This document shows, in pieces, positions 18,318 to 27,896 of a stretch of DNA of 64,000 bases. Every line of letters starts with the position of its first letter. Within the stretch, counting starts at the first letter, position 1. A program made the translations under genes and the position numbers. This DNA comes from an uncultured Bacteroidales bacterium (GTDB lineage Bacteria; Bacteroidota; Bacteroidia; Bacteroidales; UBA932). The notes below the pieces were generated by a model. It was given only the letters and a program-made list of their open reading frames with translations. It did not search any database and was not told the origin of the DNA. Where the stretch lies: contig ONTQ01000007.1 of assembly GCA_900320795.1 (NCBI GenBank), forward strand, positions 3,310-67,309, read 5' to 3'.

Positions 18318-19565
18318 ATGAGTGTCACAAAGAAATATGCGATGGCGGCCTTGGCCCTCCTTTTCTGTGCTGTGTTGCACGCGCAGGTGCTTACGGGCAT
18401 CGACGTCCTGGAACGCGGCGGATTTGAGCCGCTGAAGGGCAAGCGGGTGGGCCTGGTGACCAATCCCAGCGGTGTGGACCGGAATCTCCGTTCCACCATC
18501 GACATCCTTTTTGAAGCGCCGGAAGTGCAGCTGGTCGCCCTGTACGGGCCGGAGCACGGCGTCCGGGGAGATGCCTATGCCGGAGACCATGTGGACAGCG
18601 GAAAGGATTCCAGAACCGGTCTTCCGGTCTATTCCCTCTATGGCAGCACGCGGGAGCCTTCCCAGGAAATGCTCAAGGGAATCGACGTCATGGTGTACGA
18701 CATCCAGGATGTGGGCGTCCGCTGCTATACTTTCATTTCCACGCTAGGTCTCGTGATGCGCGCCTGCGCCCAGGCCGATGTGGAGGTCCTTGTCCTGGAC
18801 CGTCCCAATCCGCTGGGCGGCAACAAGGTGGAAGGGCCCCTGGTGGAGGAAGGCTACTACTCTTTCGTCAGTCAGTTCCACATTCCCTTCGTCTATGGCC
18901 TTACGGTGGGTGAACTGGCCGCCCTCATCAATGAAGAGGGCCTGAACAGGGGACAGAAAGGAGACCTCGAACCCCTCAAATGCCGTTTGAATGTGGTTCC
19001 CATGAGAGGATGGCACCGCTGGATGAAGTTCCGGGACACCGGTCTTCCGTGGATTCTTCCTTCGCCCAACATCCCTTCCATGGAAAGTGCTCTCTGCTAT
19101 GCCAGTTCCGGTATCTGCGGAGAATACGGTTATCTGAATACAGGCGTAGGTTACACCATCCCGTTCCAGACTTTTGCGGCCGAATGGATTGATGCCGACA
19201 AACTTAAGGACCGTCTGGACAGTTATGCCCTTCCCGGTGTCGCTTTCCGTACCATTCACTACAAGCCCATTTCCGGTTCCCTGTCCGGGAAACTCATCCA
19301 CGGCGTGCAGTTTTTCTTCACCGACTTTGAATCGGCCCCGGTTTCCCTGTTGCAGTTTTATGTCATGCAGGCCATTCAGGAGTTATGGCCGGCGCACAAT
19401 CCCTACCCGCTCAAGAAAACCCGGATGCTGGATATCGTTTGTGGTACGGATTATGTAAGAACTACTTTCGGAAAGCGAATGAAAGCAGCCGACATCGTTG
19501 ATTATTGGAACAAGGATACCGAAGATTTCAAGGCGCTTTCCCAACATTATTATTTATATCGTTAA
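18318..19565 (+). CDS. Exo-beta-N-acetylmuramidase NamZ family (DUF1343)
   Basis: GLVTNPSG, PEHG, YDIQDVGVR.YTF, DRPNP, PSPN. Confidence 0.93.
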   Translation: MSVTKKYAMAALALLFCAVLHAQVLTGIDVLERGGFEPLKGKRVGLVTNPSGVDRNLRSTIDILFEAPEVQLVALYGPEHGVRGDAYAGDHVDSGKDSRTGLPVYSLYGSTREPSQEMLKGIDVMVYDIQDVGVRCYTFISTLGLVMRACAQADVEVLVLDRPNPLGGNKVEGPLVEEGYYSFVSQFHIPFVYGLTVGELAALINEEGLNRGQKGDLEPLKCRLNVVPMRGWHRWMKFRDTGLPWILPSPNIPSMESALCYASSGICGEYGYLNTGVGYTIPFQTFAAEWIDADKLKDRLDSYALPGVAFRTIHYKPISGSLSGKLIHGVQFFFTDFESAPVSLLQFYVMQAIQELWPAHNPYPLKKTRMLDIVCGTDYVRTTFGKRMKAADIVDYWNKDTEDFKALSQHYYLYR

Positions 19566-19584
19566 TCCTAAAAACTAAGATGCT

Positions 19585-21048
19585 ATGAGAAGTTTAACCA
19601 CCCTTGCCACTTCCATGATGCTGGCGTTTGTCATGCTCATGGCACCTGATATGCTGGCCCAGTCCCGTTCTGCGGGCGGCAGCTCTTCCAGCCGGTCTAC
19701 TTCCGGGACCACCACCCGTTCATCCGGCAGCAGCCAGTCTTCCGGCAGCACCGCAACCCGCTCTGCCGGGACCACCACCCGTTCATCCGGCAGCACGGTG
19801 AACCGTTCTTCCAGCGCGCCGTCCATTTCTTCCGGCAGTGCAGTGCAGCAGCAGGACCGTCGGAGCAGTACTTCGACCAGCCGCTCCTCCGGCAGTAGTA
19901 GTCAGGCCACCCGTTCTTCCGGGAGCACCGTGACCCGTTCTTCCGGCAGCGCCACCAGCGGCAGCGGTACCAGCCGTTCTACCAGCGCCACCCGTTCCGC
20001 TGGCAGTTCATCGGCCGCCAAGAGCGCCAGCGCCCCGTCCAGCGGCACTACTGTACGGTCTTCCGGCCAGTCCCGCTCCAGCCAGAGCGTCAGCCAGCCC
20101 GTGCAGAACACCGGATCGGTGTCGTCTTCCAACACCTCTCGGACTTCGGCCAATGGCGGAGCCGCCGTCACCGGCACCACCGTCCGTTCTTCCAATGTGA
20201 GCCGCACCGGACTCACCTCCAGTGCCGTCACCAAGGATGCGGCCCCCGTGCAGCCTACGTACAGGGACGATGGCTATAACTACCGTTATTCCGATGACAT
20301 GCGGGTGGACGACCGGCACAACATGTACCGCATCCCTCCGCGCCAGCGGGACCCCATGCCCTGGGACCGTGCAGGCTTCTTCTGGGGAGACCATCCGCAC
20401 TACTACGGATATCGCATCCACAGCCTGCCTCCGCAGTGGCGCCGCATCAGCCACTGGGGTATCGACTACTACTTCTACAACGGGATTTATTACCGTCCCT
20501 TCGGAGGTTCGTATGTCGTCTGCCGTCCTCCTTTCGGCACTCCGCTGGAGGCTGCCATCGACCGGGCTATTTTCCGGGCTGTCACCTTCGCATATTACTG
20601 CGATACCTACCGTACCTATAGCCGTACCTTCGACTATTATAATGTAATTGCCAGGCAGAACTTGATCATTGCGCAGCAGAACGCCCGTCTCATCGCACGG
20701 AACGTCGATTATGCCATCAACGCTAATCGCGCCCTTACCGCCTATGAACTGGCCGAGAAACTGGGTCTTGTCCAGAGTTACGCCTACGCCAACTCCGAGT
20801 ATTTCTATCAGGACGGCGTGTTCTACACCATCTCCGCCTCCGGCGTGTATTCCACCATCGTGCCTCCTGCAGGCGCCCTGGTCACCTCCCTCCCGGACGA
20901 CTATGAGATTATCGTGATGAACGGCATCGAGTACTACATGGTGGACAACACCGTATATCGCACCACCCTCTTCGAAGGTGTACCTTACCTGGAGGTTCTG
21001 GGTCAGATGTACGGAAGCCTCTACAACCAGTACAACGTATATCGGTGA
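19585..21048 (+). CDS. Exported Ser/Thr-rich protein with Tyr-rich DUF6515-like C-terminal repeats
   Basis: Signal peptide, TRSSGS low-complexity tract, YYFYNGIYYRP...YVV..PP.G repeats. Confidence 0.75.
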   Translation: MRSLTTLATSMMLAFVMLMAPDMLAQSRSAGGSSSSRSTSGTTTRSSGSSQSSGSTATRSAGTTTRSSGSTVNRSSSAPSISSGSAVQQQDRRSSTSTSRSSGSSSQATRSSGSTVTRSSGSATSGSGTSRSTSATRSAGSSSAAKSASAPSSGTTVRSSGQSRSSQSVSQPVQNTGSVSSSNTSRTSANGGAAVTGTTVRSSNVSRTGLTSSAVTKDAAPVQPTYRDDGYNYRYSDDMRVDDRHNMYRIPPRQRDPMPWDRAGFFWGDHPHYYGYRIHSLPPQWRRISHWGIDYYFYNGIYYRPFGGSYVVCRPPFGTPLEAAIDRAIFRAVTFAYYCDTYRTYSRTFDYYNVIARQNLIIAQQNARLIARNVDYAINANRALTAYELAEKLGLVQSYAYANSEYFYQDGVFYTISASGVYSTIVPPAGALVTSLPDDYEIIVMNGIEYYMVDNTVYRTTLFEGVPYLEVLGQMYGSLYNQYNVYR

Positions 21049-21074
21049 TTGGTAAGTAATTGTCTGTTAATATT

Positions 21075-21118
21075 TTACGTATAATCCTCTGCGCTTTTGC
21101 GCAGAGGATTATACGTAA
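21075..21118. repeat. Perfect 20 bp inverted repeat (REP-like hairpin)
   Basis: TTACGTATAATCCTCTGCGC-TTTT-GCGCAGAGGATTATACGTAA. Confidence 0.92.
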
Positions 21119-21218
21119 GAGGCTGATTGTGAATGGATTCCGTGCCACCGGAAATGCCGGATGATTTGAAAGAGATTATTGCTATCTTTGTACAGAAACC
21201 ATCTACCCCCGGAGAATC

Positions 21219-23456
21219 ATGAGCCCGATCCTGCTTCCTCTGCTCTGTTTCGGCATCATTGCCGGACGTAACGCCACCACCGACGGTTATGTCTATCTCG
21301 GCCATAACGAAGACCAGCACGGTGAAACGATGCTGAACATCTACCATGTCCCGGCCGATGACGTGCGCTGTGCCTATCTCTGGTTCGAGTTCCCCGGTCA
21401 GGCCGCCGGGGACAGTTATGCCAACGAATACGGCGTGAGCATCGCTTCCAACCAGTGCCTTTCCCGTGAAGACAAGGCTCAAGGCGGCATGGTTTACGAA
21501 ATTCGCACAACCGCCATCCAGCATGCGCGTTCCGCCCGCGAAGCCGTTCACATCATCGGCTCGCTTGTAGGCCGATACGGTTATGCCGATTCCGGACGCT
21601 CTTATCTGGTGGCGGACCAGCGGGAAGGCTGGATTGTCGCGGTGGTCAGGGGCCGGCAGTGGGTGGCGCAGCGGGTTCCGGACGACGAGATCGCCACCAT
21701 CCCCAACTACTACACCATCGGGGAGATTCACCTTGAGGATACCGTTAACTTCCTGGGCAGCAAGGATTTGATAAAGTATGCCCGGAAGCGGGGATGGTAT
21801 CATCCAGGAAAGGACGGGAACTTTAACTTCCGCAGGGCCTATGCCGATCCCAAGACGCTTGCGGACAGCCACAACCGCGACCGGCACGCCTTGGCGCAGG
21901 AGTACTTTTTCGGCGATTTCCAGGCGGAGACCTTTTCCCGGAAGCCTGCACAAAAGTTCCATCGCAGGCATCTTTCACAACTTCTGACCGAACCGCCCAT
22001 CCGCAACGATGCCACCGCCCTCACCACGGTATTCACGATGAATCCGTCCTTCCCGCCGGAAAAGGGGACCGTGGTCTGGGTGGGCTTCCCGGGGCAGGAT
22101 GCGGCAAGCCAAAGCCAGTGGACCGTGTTCATGAGAGTGCCGGAATCCTGCCACCGCTACGCTACGGCCGATGAGGCGCTGGAGCGTCACTTTACGGATG
22201 TGGGCAACTACCGTGAACGTTGGCCGGAGCACTTCTACTGGCACTATCTTTATCCTGAAACGGATATCGACGTGGTCCCGCACGACTTTACCGTCTATAT
22301 CCCGCGGCAGCCTCGCGTCCAATCGGAACGGGACAAAAACAAGGTGGGAGACACCTTCAACGATCATTTCCATGTGCTGGAAGACCCTGCCCGCGGTCTT
22401 CTGTATGCCTTTTGGACGCAAGGGTCCTTCGAGACGGCCGACGATGAGCATGTGGTGTTCTCCAAGAGTTCAGACAAGGGCAGAAGTTGGAGCGAACCGG
22501 TAATCCTTGCCGGTTCTCCCACCCTGGCGGACCCCAAACCCGTTGCCGCCTGGCAGCAGCCGATGATTAGCCGGAGCGGGCGCATCTATCTGCTTTGGAA
22601 TCAGGAAACCACAGTCAAAAAACACCTCCAGGGCATTCTGTGCGGCCGATATTCCGACGATGCCGGCCAAACCTGGAGCGAGCCGGAAACCGTCCTGTTC
22701 CCCATCCGTTTCGAAAGCGACCCCGAGGACCCTTCACTTCCTCCGGTCTGGTGCATGTGGCAGAGACCGCTGCGGCTGGGTGAGGGCGGACGCTATCTGG
22801 CGGGCTGCTCCCGATACGACCGCAAAGGCATTGCGCGTGTCGAGTTCTGGCAATATGATAACATCGATGAAGACCCTCAAGTGCGGGATATCCGCATCTC
22901 CTTTTTCAACACGGGAGGGCAGTCGTTCGACTCTTCCACCGTCGCTGCCGAGGAGGATTACCATCCCCGGGAAGGGAAGATAACGGAAGAGGCCTGCATC
23001 AGCGGCCTGCCGGACGGGCGGCTGTTCGCCGTGATGCGCACCTCCATCGGCCATCCTGTATGGTCGGTCAGTGCCGATAACGGACGCACCTGGAGCCGTC
23101 CGGAAGTCCTGCGCGAAAAAGACGGAGGCGCCGCCATCCTCCACCCCTGTTCTCCCTGTCCGCTATACGATATCCGCGGCCCCGAAGCCCGCAGCGGCCA
23201 TTATATGCTTCTGGTGCATGACGCCTTCGATTTCAATTCCCCGACTTCCTACCAGAACCGGGGTCCCCTGTACAGAAGGGACGGCGTTTATGTTCCCGGC
23301 GCCCATCAGCCGATATGGTTCGGAGAAGGCTCGGTTTTCTCTCCCCGGGAAACCGGGAACTCATTCTATACAAGTTTTACCGCGCTGGACGGCGAAAGCG
23401 TCCTATGGTTCGGCGACCAGAAATTCTACCTCTTCGGCAAGGTGATCAATCGTTAA
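21219..23456 (+). CDS. C69 dipeptidase-like domain fused to a BNR/sialidase-like propeller
   Basis: CFGIIAGRNATTDG..GHNED N-terminus; Asp-boxes SSDKGRSW, SDDAGQTW, SADNGRTW. Confidence 0.8.
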   Translation: MSPILLPLLCFGIIAGRNATTDGYVYLGHNEDQHGETMLNIYHVPADDVRCAYLWFEFPGQAAGDSYANEYGVSIASNQCLSREDKAQGGMVYEIRTTAIQHARSAREAVHIIGSLVGRYGYADSGRSYLVADQREGWIVAVVRGRQWVAQRVPDDEIATIPNYYTIGEIHLEDTVNFLGSKDLIKYARKRGWYHPGKDGNFNFRRAYADPKTLADSHNRDRHALAQEYFFGDFQAETFSRKPAQKFHRRHLSQLLTEPPIRNDATALTTVFTMNPSFPPEKGTVVWVGFPGQDAASQSQWTVFMRVPESCHRYATADEALERHFTDVGNYRERWPEHFYWHYLYPETDIDVVPHDFTVYIPRQPRVQSERDKNKVGDTFNDHFHVLEDPARGLLYAFWTQGSFETADDEHVVFSKSSDKGRSWSEPVILAGSPTLADPKPVAAWQQPMISRSGRIYLLWNQETTVKKHLQGILCGRYSDDAGQTWSEPETVLFPIRFESDPEDPSLPPVWCMWQRPLRLGEGGRYLAGCSRYDRKGIARVEFWQYDNIDEDPQVRDIRISFFNTGGQSFDSSTVAAEEDYHPREGKITEEACISGLPDGRLFAVMRTSIGHPVWSVSADNGRTWSRPEVLREKDGGAAILHPCSPCPLYDIRGPEARSGHYMLLVHDAFDFNSPTSYQNRGPLYRRDGVYVPGAHQPIWFGEGSVFSPRETGNSFYTSFTALDGESVLWFGDQKFYLFGKVINR

Positions 23457-24595
23457 TCCAATGCATCCGGATCCGTGACGGCGGCGCCTTTTCCCATCAG
23501 ATAGGTCTTCATGAATTCGTTCAGGTCTCCGTCCAGAACGCCCTGCGTGTCGGCCGTATTGTAGCCGGTGCGCAGGTCTTTGACCAGTTTATACGGGTGC
23601 AGGACATAATTGCGGATCTGGGAGCCCCACTCGATGCGCATTTTCTGCCCTTCGAGTTCGGCCTGCTTTTCCTGGCGCTTTTTCAGTTCGATATCGTACA
23701 GGCGGGACTTCAGGATAAGGAGGGCTCTCTGGCGGTTGTCCTGCTGGGAGCGGGTTTCCGTGTTCTCGACCATGATGCCGGAAGGAATGTGCCTTACACG
23801 GACGCCGGTTTCCACTTTATTGACGTTCTGCCCGCCGTGCCCGCCGCTGCGGAAGGTGTCCCATTCCAGGTCGGAGGGGTTGATTTCGATGTTGATGCTG
23901 TCATCGACCAGCGGATAAACGAATACGCTGGAGAAGGTGGTCTGGCGCTTCCCCTGGGCGTTGAAAGGAGAGATGCGCACCAGGCGGTGCACGCCGTTTT
24001 CGGCCTTCAGATAGCCGTAGGCATAGTCTCCCTCCACCTCGATGGTGCAACTTTTGATGCCGGCCTCTTCGCCTTCCAGCAGGGAGGTGATGGTGTATTT
24101 GTAGCCGTTTCGCTCGCACCAGCGGGTGTACATGCGCATGAGCATGGCGCTCCAGTCGTTGGCTTCGGTGCCGCCGGCGCCGGAATTGATGGTGAGCACG
24201 GCGCCCAGGTTGTCCCCTTCGCCGCCCAGCATATTGCGGAGTTCCAGGGCTTCCACCGATGCGGTGGCCGAGGCAAACGCCTGGTCCAGTTCGCGGGTTT
24301 CGGCCGTCTCGACGGCTTCATCATCGGCCCCGGAAAGACTTTCTTTGGCAAAATCGTAGAGGACTTCCAGGTCTTCGACCTCGCCCCTGGCCTTGTCGAA
24401 GTCTGTTACCCAGGATTTTACACCGGAAAGCTTTTTCAGAAAAGCCTCTGCTTGCTTGGGGTCGTTCCAGAAGTCCGGAGCCAGGGTCTGCTCCGTTTTG
24501 GCCGCAACCTCTTTCCGCTTGCCGGCAATATCCAGACAGGCCTCCAGCGTAGCCATCCGCTCCTGCAGGTCCTTGATTTGTTCAAAAGTAATCAT
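23453..24595 (-). CDS. prfB: Peptide chain release factor 2 (no programmed frameshift)
   Basis: GAGGTEA, SPF tripeptide, GGQ motif, WGSQIRNY. Confidence 0.97.
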   Translation of the reverse strand: MITFEQIKDLQERMATLEACLDIAGKRKEVAAKTEQTLAPDFWNDPKQAEAFLKKLSGVKSWVTDFDKARGEVEDLEVLYDFAKESLSGADDEAVETAETRELDQAFASATASVEALELRNMLGGEGDNLGAVLTINSGAGGTEANDWSAMLMRMYTRWCERNGYKYTITSLLEGEEAGIKSCTIEVEGDYAYGYLKAENGVHRLVRISPFNAQGKRQTTFSSVFVYPLVDDSINIEINPSDLEWDTFRSGGHGGQNVNKVETGVRVRHIPSGIMVENTETRSQQDNRQRALLILKSRLYDIELKKRQEKQAELEGQKMRIEWGSQIRNYVLHPYKLVKDLRTGYNTADTQGVLDGDLNEFMKTYLMGKGAAVTDPDALD

Positions 24596-24647
24596 ACCTG
24601 GCAAAGATACGCAATTTTCTGCTATCTTTGTAAAAAATAGTGTTTAG

Positions 24648-25208
24648 ATGAAAGACAGCGCGCTGATTGTCGTAGATATGCTCTACGATTTCATTGACGG
24701 CAGCATGGCCTGCCTGGAGGCCGATAAAGCCGTGGCCAATACGCTCGACTATCTGAAGAAGATTCCGGACGGTTCGGATTTCCCCATTCTTTTTGTCCGG
24801 GACCACCATCCTGCCAACCACTGTTCCTTCCAGGCCCAGGGCGGGCCCTGGCCGCCTCATTGCGTGCAGGGCACCCACGGGGCCGATATTCACGAAGCCC
24901 TGGCGCCCTATGCCGATGAGGATCTCTCTTTCTTCAAGGGAGAAGATCCTGCAAAAGAACAGTACAGTGGCTTTGAGGGCGTGAATCCTGCCGGACAAAG
25001 CCTTTGCGATGTCCTGCAGGTCCTTGATATCCGGAATGTCCTTGTCTGCGGCATCGCTACGGAGTATTGTGTTTACAATACGGCCAAAGACCTCCTGAAC
25101 GCCGGTTTCAGGGTGAGCGTCCTCAAGGACTGCATCGCCTATGTCGAGAAAGAGGGGCATTTGGAAACCCTCAAAACCATGGAAGAAAAAGGCATCACCC
25201 TCATATAA
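24648..25208 (+). CDS. pncA: Nicotinamidase/pyrazinamidase
   Basis: VDMLYDF, DHHP.NH.SF, WPPHC, YSGF, GIATEYCV. Confidence 0.93.
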   Translation: MKDSALIVVDMLYDFIDGSMACLEADKAVANTLDYLKKIPDGSDFPILFVRDHHPANHCSFQAQGGPWPPHCVQGTHGADIHEALAPYADEDLSFFKGEDPAKEQYSGFEGVNPAGQSLCDVLQVLDIRNVLVCGIATEYCVYNTAKDLLNAGFRVSVLKDCIAYVEKEGHLETLKTMEEKGITLI

Positions 25209-25217
25209 ACCCATATC

Positions 25218-26723
25218 ATGAACAAGATCAATACCGCCTACGTGTCGGACAAGTACCAGTACACCATGGGAAAGTCCTATCTGGACTGTGGAAAACAAGA
25301 CCAGATTGCCGTGTTCAATCTCTTTTACCGCAAGGCTCCGGAGAATAACAACTGGGCCGTGGTGAGCGGCACGGAGGAAGTGATTGAAATGGTGAAGTAT
25401 CTGGGAACCGAGCCGGAAGACTTTTATGAGAAATTCCTTCCCGGAGAGGAGTACAAGGAGTTCCGCAAATTCCTGAGTACCATGAAGTTCACGGGAGATC
25501 TCTATACCATGCGGGAAGGGGAGATCGTGTTCCCCAACCAGCCCATCGTCACGGTTGTGGCGCCGCTGGTGCAGGCCCAGGTGCTGGAAACGCCCATGCT
25601 GTGCATCCTGAACCACCAGATGGCCGTGGCCACCAAGGCATCGCGCGTGTGCCGGTCCACCGACAAGCCTGTGAGCGAGTTCGGTTCCCGGCGTGCCCAT
25701 GGCCCCTGGGCGGCGGTCTATGGCGGCAAGGCGGCCCAGATTGCCGGCTGCGCCAGCTCCTCCAACATCCTTACGGGCGCCTTCAACAACGTACCGTCCA
25801 CCGGCACCATGGCCCACAGCTTCATTACCTCTTACGGCAGCACCGTGGAAGGGGAGCACAAGGCGTTTACGGATTATATCAAGACGCACCGCGGGGAGAA
25901 TATCATCCTTCTCATCGACACCTACGACACCCTCAAGTGCGGTGTGAAGAACGCCATCCGTTCCTTCAGGGAAAACGGCATCGATGACAATTATGCCCCC
26001 GGTTACGGCATCCGCCTGGACAGCGGAGACCTGGCTTACCTTTCGCAGGAAGTCCGCCGCATCCTGGACGAGCACGGCTGTAAAAAGTGCAAGATCTTTG
26101 CTACCAATGGCCTGGACGAGTATCTGATTACCGACCTGGAGCGTCAGGGCGCCCGCATCGACAGTTACGGCGTGGGAGACGCCATTGCCACGTCCAAGGC
26201 CGCTCCTTGCTTTGGCAATGTGTACAAGCTGGTCCAGATCGACGGAGAGCCCGTGCTCAAACGCTCGGAAGACAAAATCAAACTCATCAACCCCGGCTTC
26301 CAGATCACCTGGCGCATATCGGCCCAGGACAAAGAGAAGGGCAATTCCCTGGACGGCTATGTGTTCAAGGCCGATGTCACCTGCCTCCGGGGAGACGCCA
26401 TGGACCTGGCCATCCAGCAGGGCAAGACCATCACCGTCCGGGACGAATATGACTCCTTCAAGACCAAGACCTTCGAGGAAGGCCAGTACGATGCCCGTCC
26501 GCTCCAGCTGCAGTCGGTAAAAAACGGCGAACGCATCGCCCCGTACTATGACCTCCAGACGAAGAAGGCCTTCTACCAGGACAACCTGCACCATTTCTCC
26601 CCGGCGGAGCGCCGCCTCATCAACCCCCACTATTACAAAGTGGACATCTCCGATGCCCTGTATGACATGAAAATGTCCATCATCGGCAAGCTGGTGAAGG
26701 AGATTGAGCGTTTTCAGTTGTAA
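25218..26723 (+). CDS. pncB: Nicotinate phosphoribosyltransferase
   Basis: DKYQYTM, EFGSRRAH, GTMAHS, IDTYD, IRLDSGDL. Confidence 0.96.
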   Translation: MNKINTAYVSDKYQYTMGKSYLDCGKQDQIAVFNLFYRKAPENNNWAVVSGTEEVIEMVKYLGTEPEDFYEKFLPGEEYKEFRKFLSTMKFTGDLYTMREGEIVFPNQPIVTVVAPLVQAQVLETPMLCILNHQMAVATKASRVCRSTDKPVSEFGSRRAHGPWAAVYGGKAAQIAGCASSSNILTGAFNNVPSTGTMAHSFITSYGSTVEGEHKAFTDYIKTHRGENIILLIDTYDTLKCGVKNAIRSFRENGIDDNYAPGYGIRLDSGDLAYLSQEVRRILDEHGCKKCKIFATNGLDEYLITDLERQGARIDSYGVGDAIATSKAAPCFGNVYKLVQIDGEPVLKRSEDKIKLINPGFQITWRISAQDKEKGNSLDGYVFKADVTCLRGDAMDLAIQQGKTITVRDEYDSFKTKTFEEGQYDARPLQLQSVKNGERIAPYYDLQTKKAFYQDNLHHFSPAERRLINPHYYKVDISDALYDMKMSIIGKLVKEIERFQL

Positions 26724-26737
26724 AACGGACTGAGACA

Positions 26738-27769
26738 ATGCGATTCGCCGTTATTGGAACCGGAAGAATCTCCCGTTGGGTGTTGCAGGGTGCGCAGGAA
26801 GACGGGCGCTTCCGTCTGGTGGCCGTATGCTCCCGGGACAGGGATCGGGCCGAAGCGTTTATCCATGACTATCCCCAGTGGGCCGATGCCCGTGCATACA
26901 CTTCGGTGGAGGCGCTGGCCACTGCGGAGGATGTTGATGCGGTGTATATCGGCACACCCAATTCTACGCATTTTACGTATGTGAAAATGCTGCTGGAGGG
27001 GGGGAAGCACGTGCTGTGCGAGAAACCGCTGGTCACCAGCGCAGCCCAGGCACGGGAACTTGCCGACACCGCCCGCCGGTGCAAACGGCTTTTGATGGAG
27101 GCGATGATATCCACGCTGAATCCTCATTTCACGCTGGCGGCGACCCGTGTTCCGGACCTGGCTCCTGTCCACAGTTATGTCAGTTCCTTTTGCCAGTATT
27201 CTTCCAAATATGAGGATTTGGGAAAGGGCATCGTAGCCTCCAGCCTGGATCCGCTCATGGGGGGCGGCGCCTTAATGGACATCGGCATTTATACGATCTA
27301 TCCCATGATTGTCCTGTTCGGGGCACCCGATGCCGTCTCTTCAGAGGCAATCCTGGCCGATACGCCGCACGGGCCGGTGGATATCGGAGGCAGCATCCGC
27401 TGCACTTATCCGGGAATGACGGCCAACCTGGTTTTTTCCAAGGCGGTGGATTCCTTCCTGCCCACAGAAATTGCCGGTGAAAAAGGGACCCTTCTGCTGG
27501 ACGCGGTGCATATCTGCCGGGAGCTTCGGCTGGTTCCGCACGGTACGCCGACTTCCGGACGCGGCCCGTCGGCCCAGGCGCAAATCCTTTCATCCGGGAT
27601 TCCGCACGATGTGTACTATTATGAGTTCAAGCACTTTATGGACCTTGTCGAGGACGGCTGCCTGGAATCTCCGGTGAACCGACTGGATACCTCCGTGGCC
27701 GTGCAGGACGTAATGGATGCGTTCAAGCGTGCTGTCAGATTGATTGGCGTACCCGTGCTTCAAGACTAG
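26738..27769 (+). CDS. Gfo/Idh/MocA oxidoreductase
   Basis: IGTGRI, GKHVLCEKP, GGALMDIGIY. Confidence 0.93.
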   Translation: MRFAVIGTGRISRWVLQGAQEDGRFRLVAVCSRDRDRAEAFIHDYPQWADARAYTSVEALATAEDVDAVYIGTPNSTHFTYVKMLLEGGKHVLCEKPLVTSAAQARELADTARRCKRLLMEAMISTLNPHFTLAATRVPDLAPVHSYVSSFCQYSSKYEDLGKGIVASSLDPLMGGGALMDIGIYTIYPMIVLFGAPDAVSSEAILADTPHGPVDIGGSIRCTYPGMTANLVFSKAVDSFLPTEIAGEKGTLLLDAVHICRELRLVPHGTPTSGRGPSAQAQILSSGIPHDVYYYEFKHFMDLVEDGCLESPVNRLDTSVAVQDVMDAFKRAVRLIGVPVLQD

Positions 27770-27896
27770 AAGCACACTTTGGGAATTTGGGAATTGCTTC
27801 GGACTTGATTTGGAATAATTCTCATTCAAAGTGATCTTCCATTTTATCCTGTCTGGTGGCAAAGCATTGTGTCATCTGGGCCGGAAGGAAAGGGGA

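Noticed and set aside
12514-19800. Repeats as a CRISPR array
   Set aside because: They are in-frame coding repeats without unique spacers, and no cas genes are present
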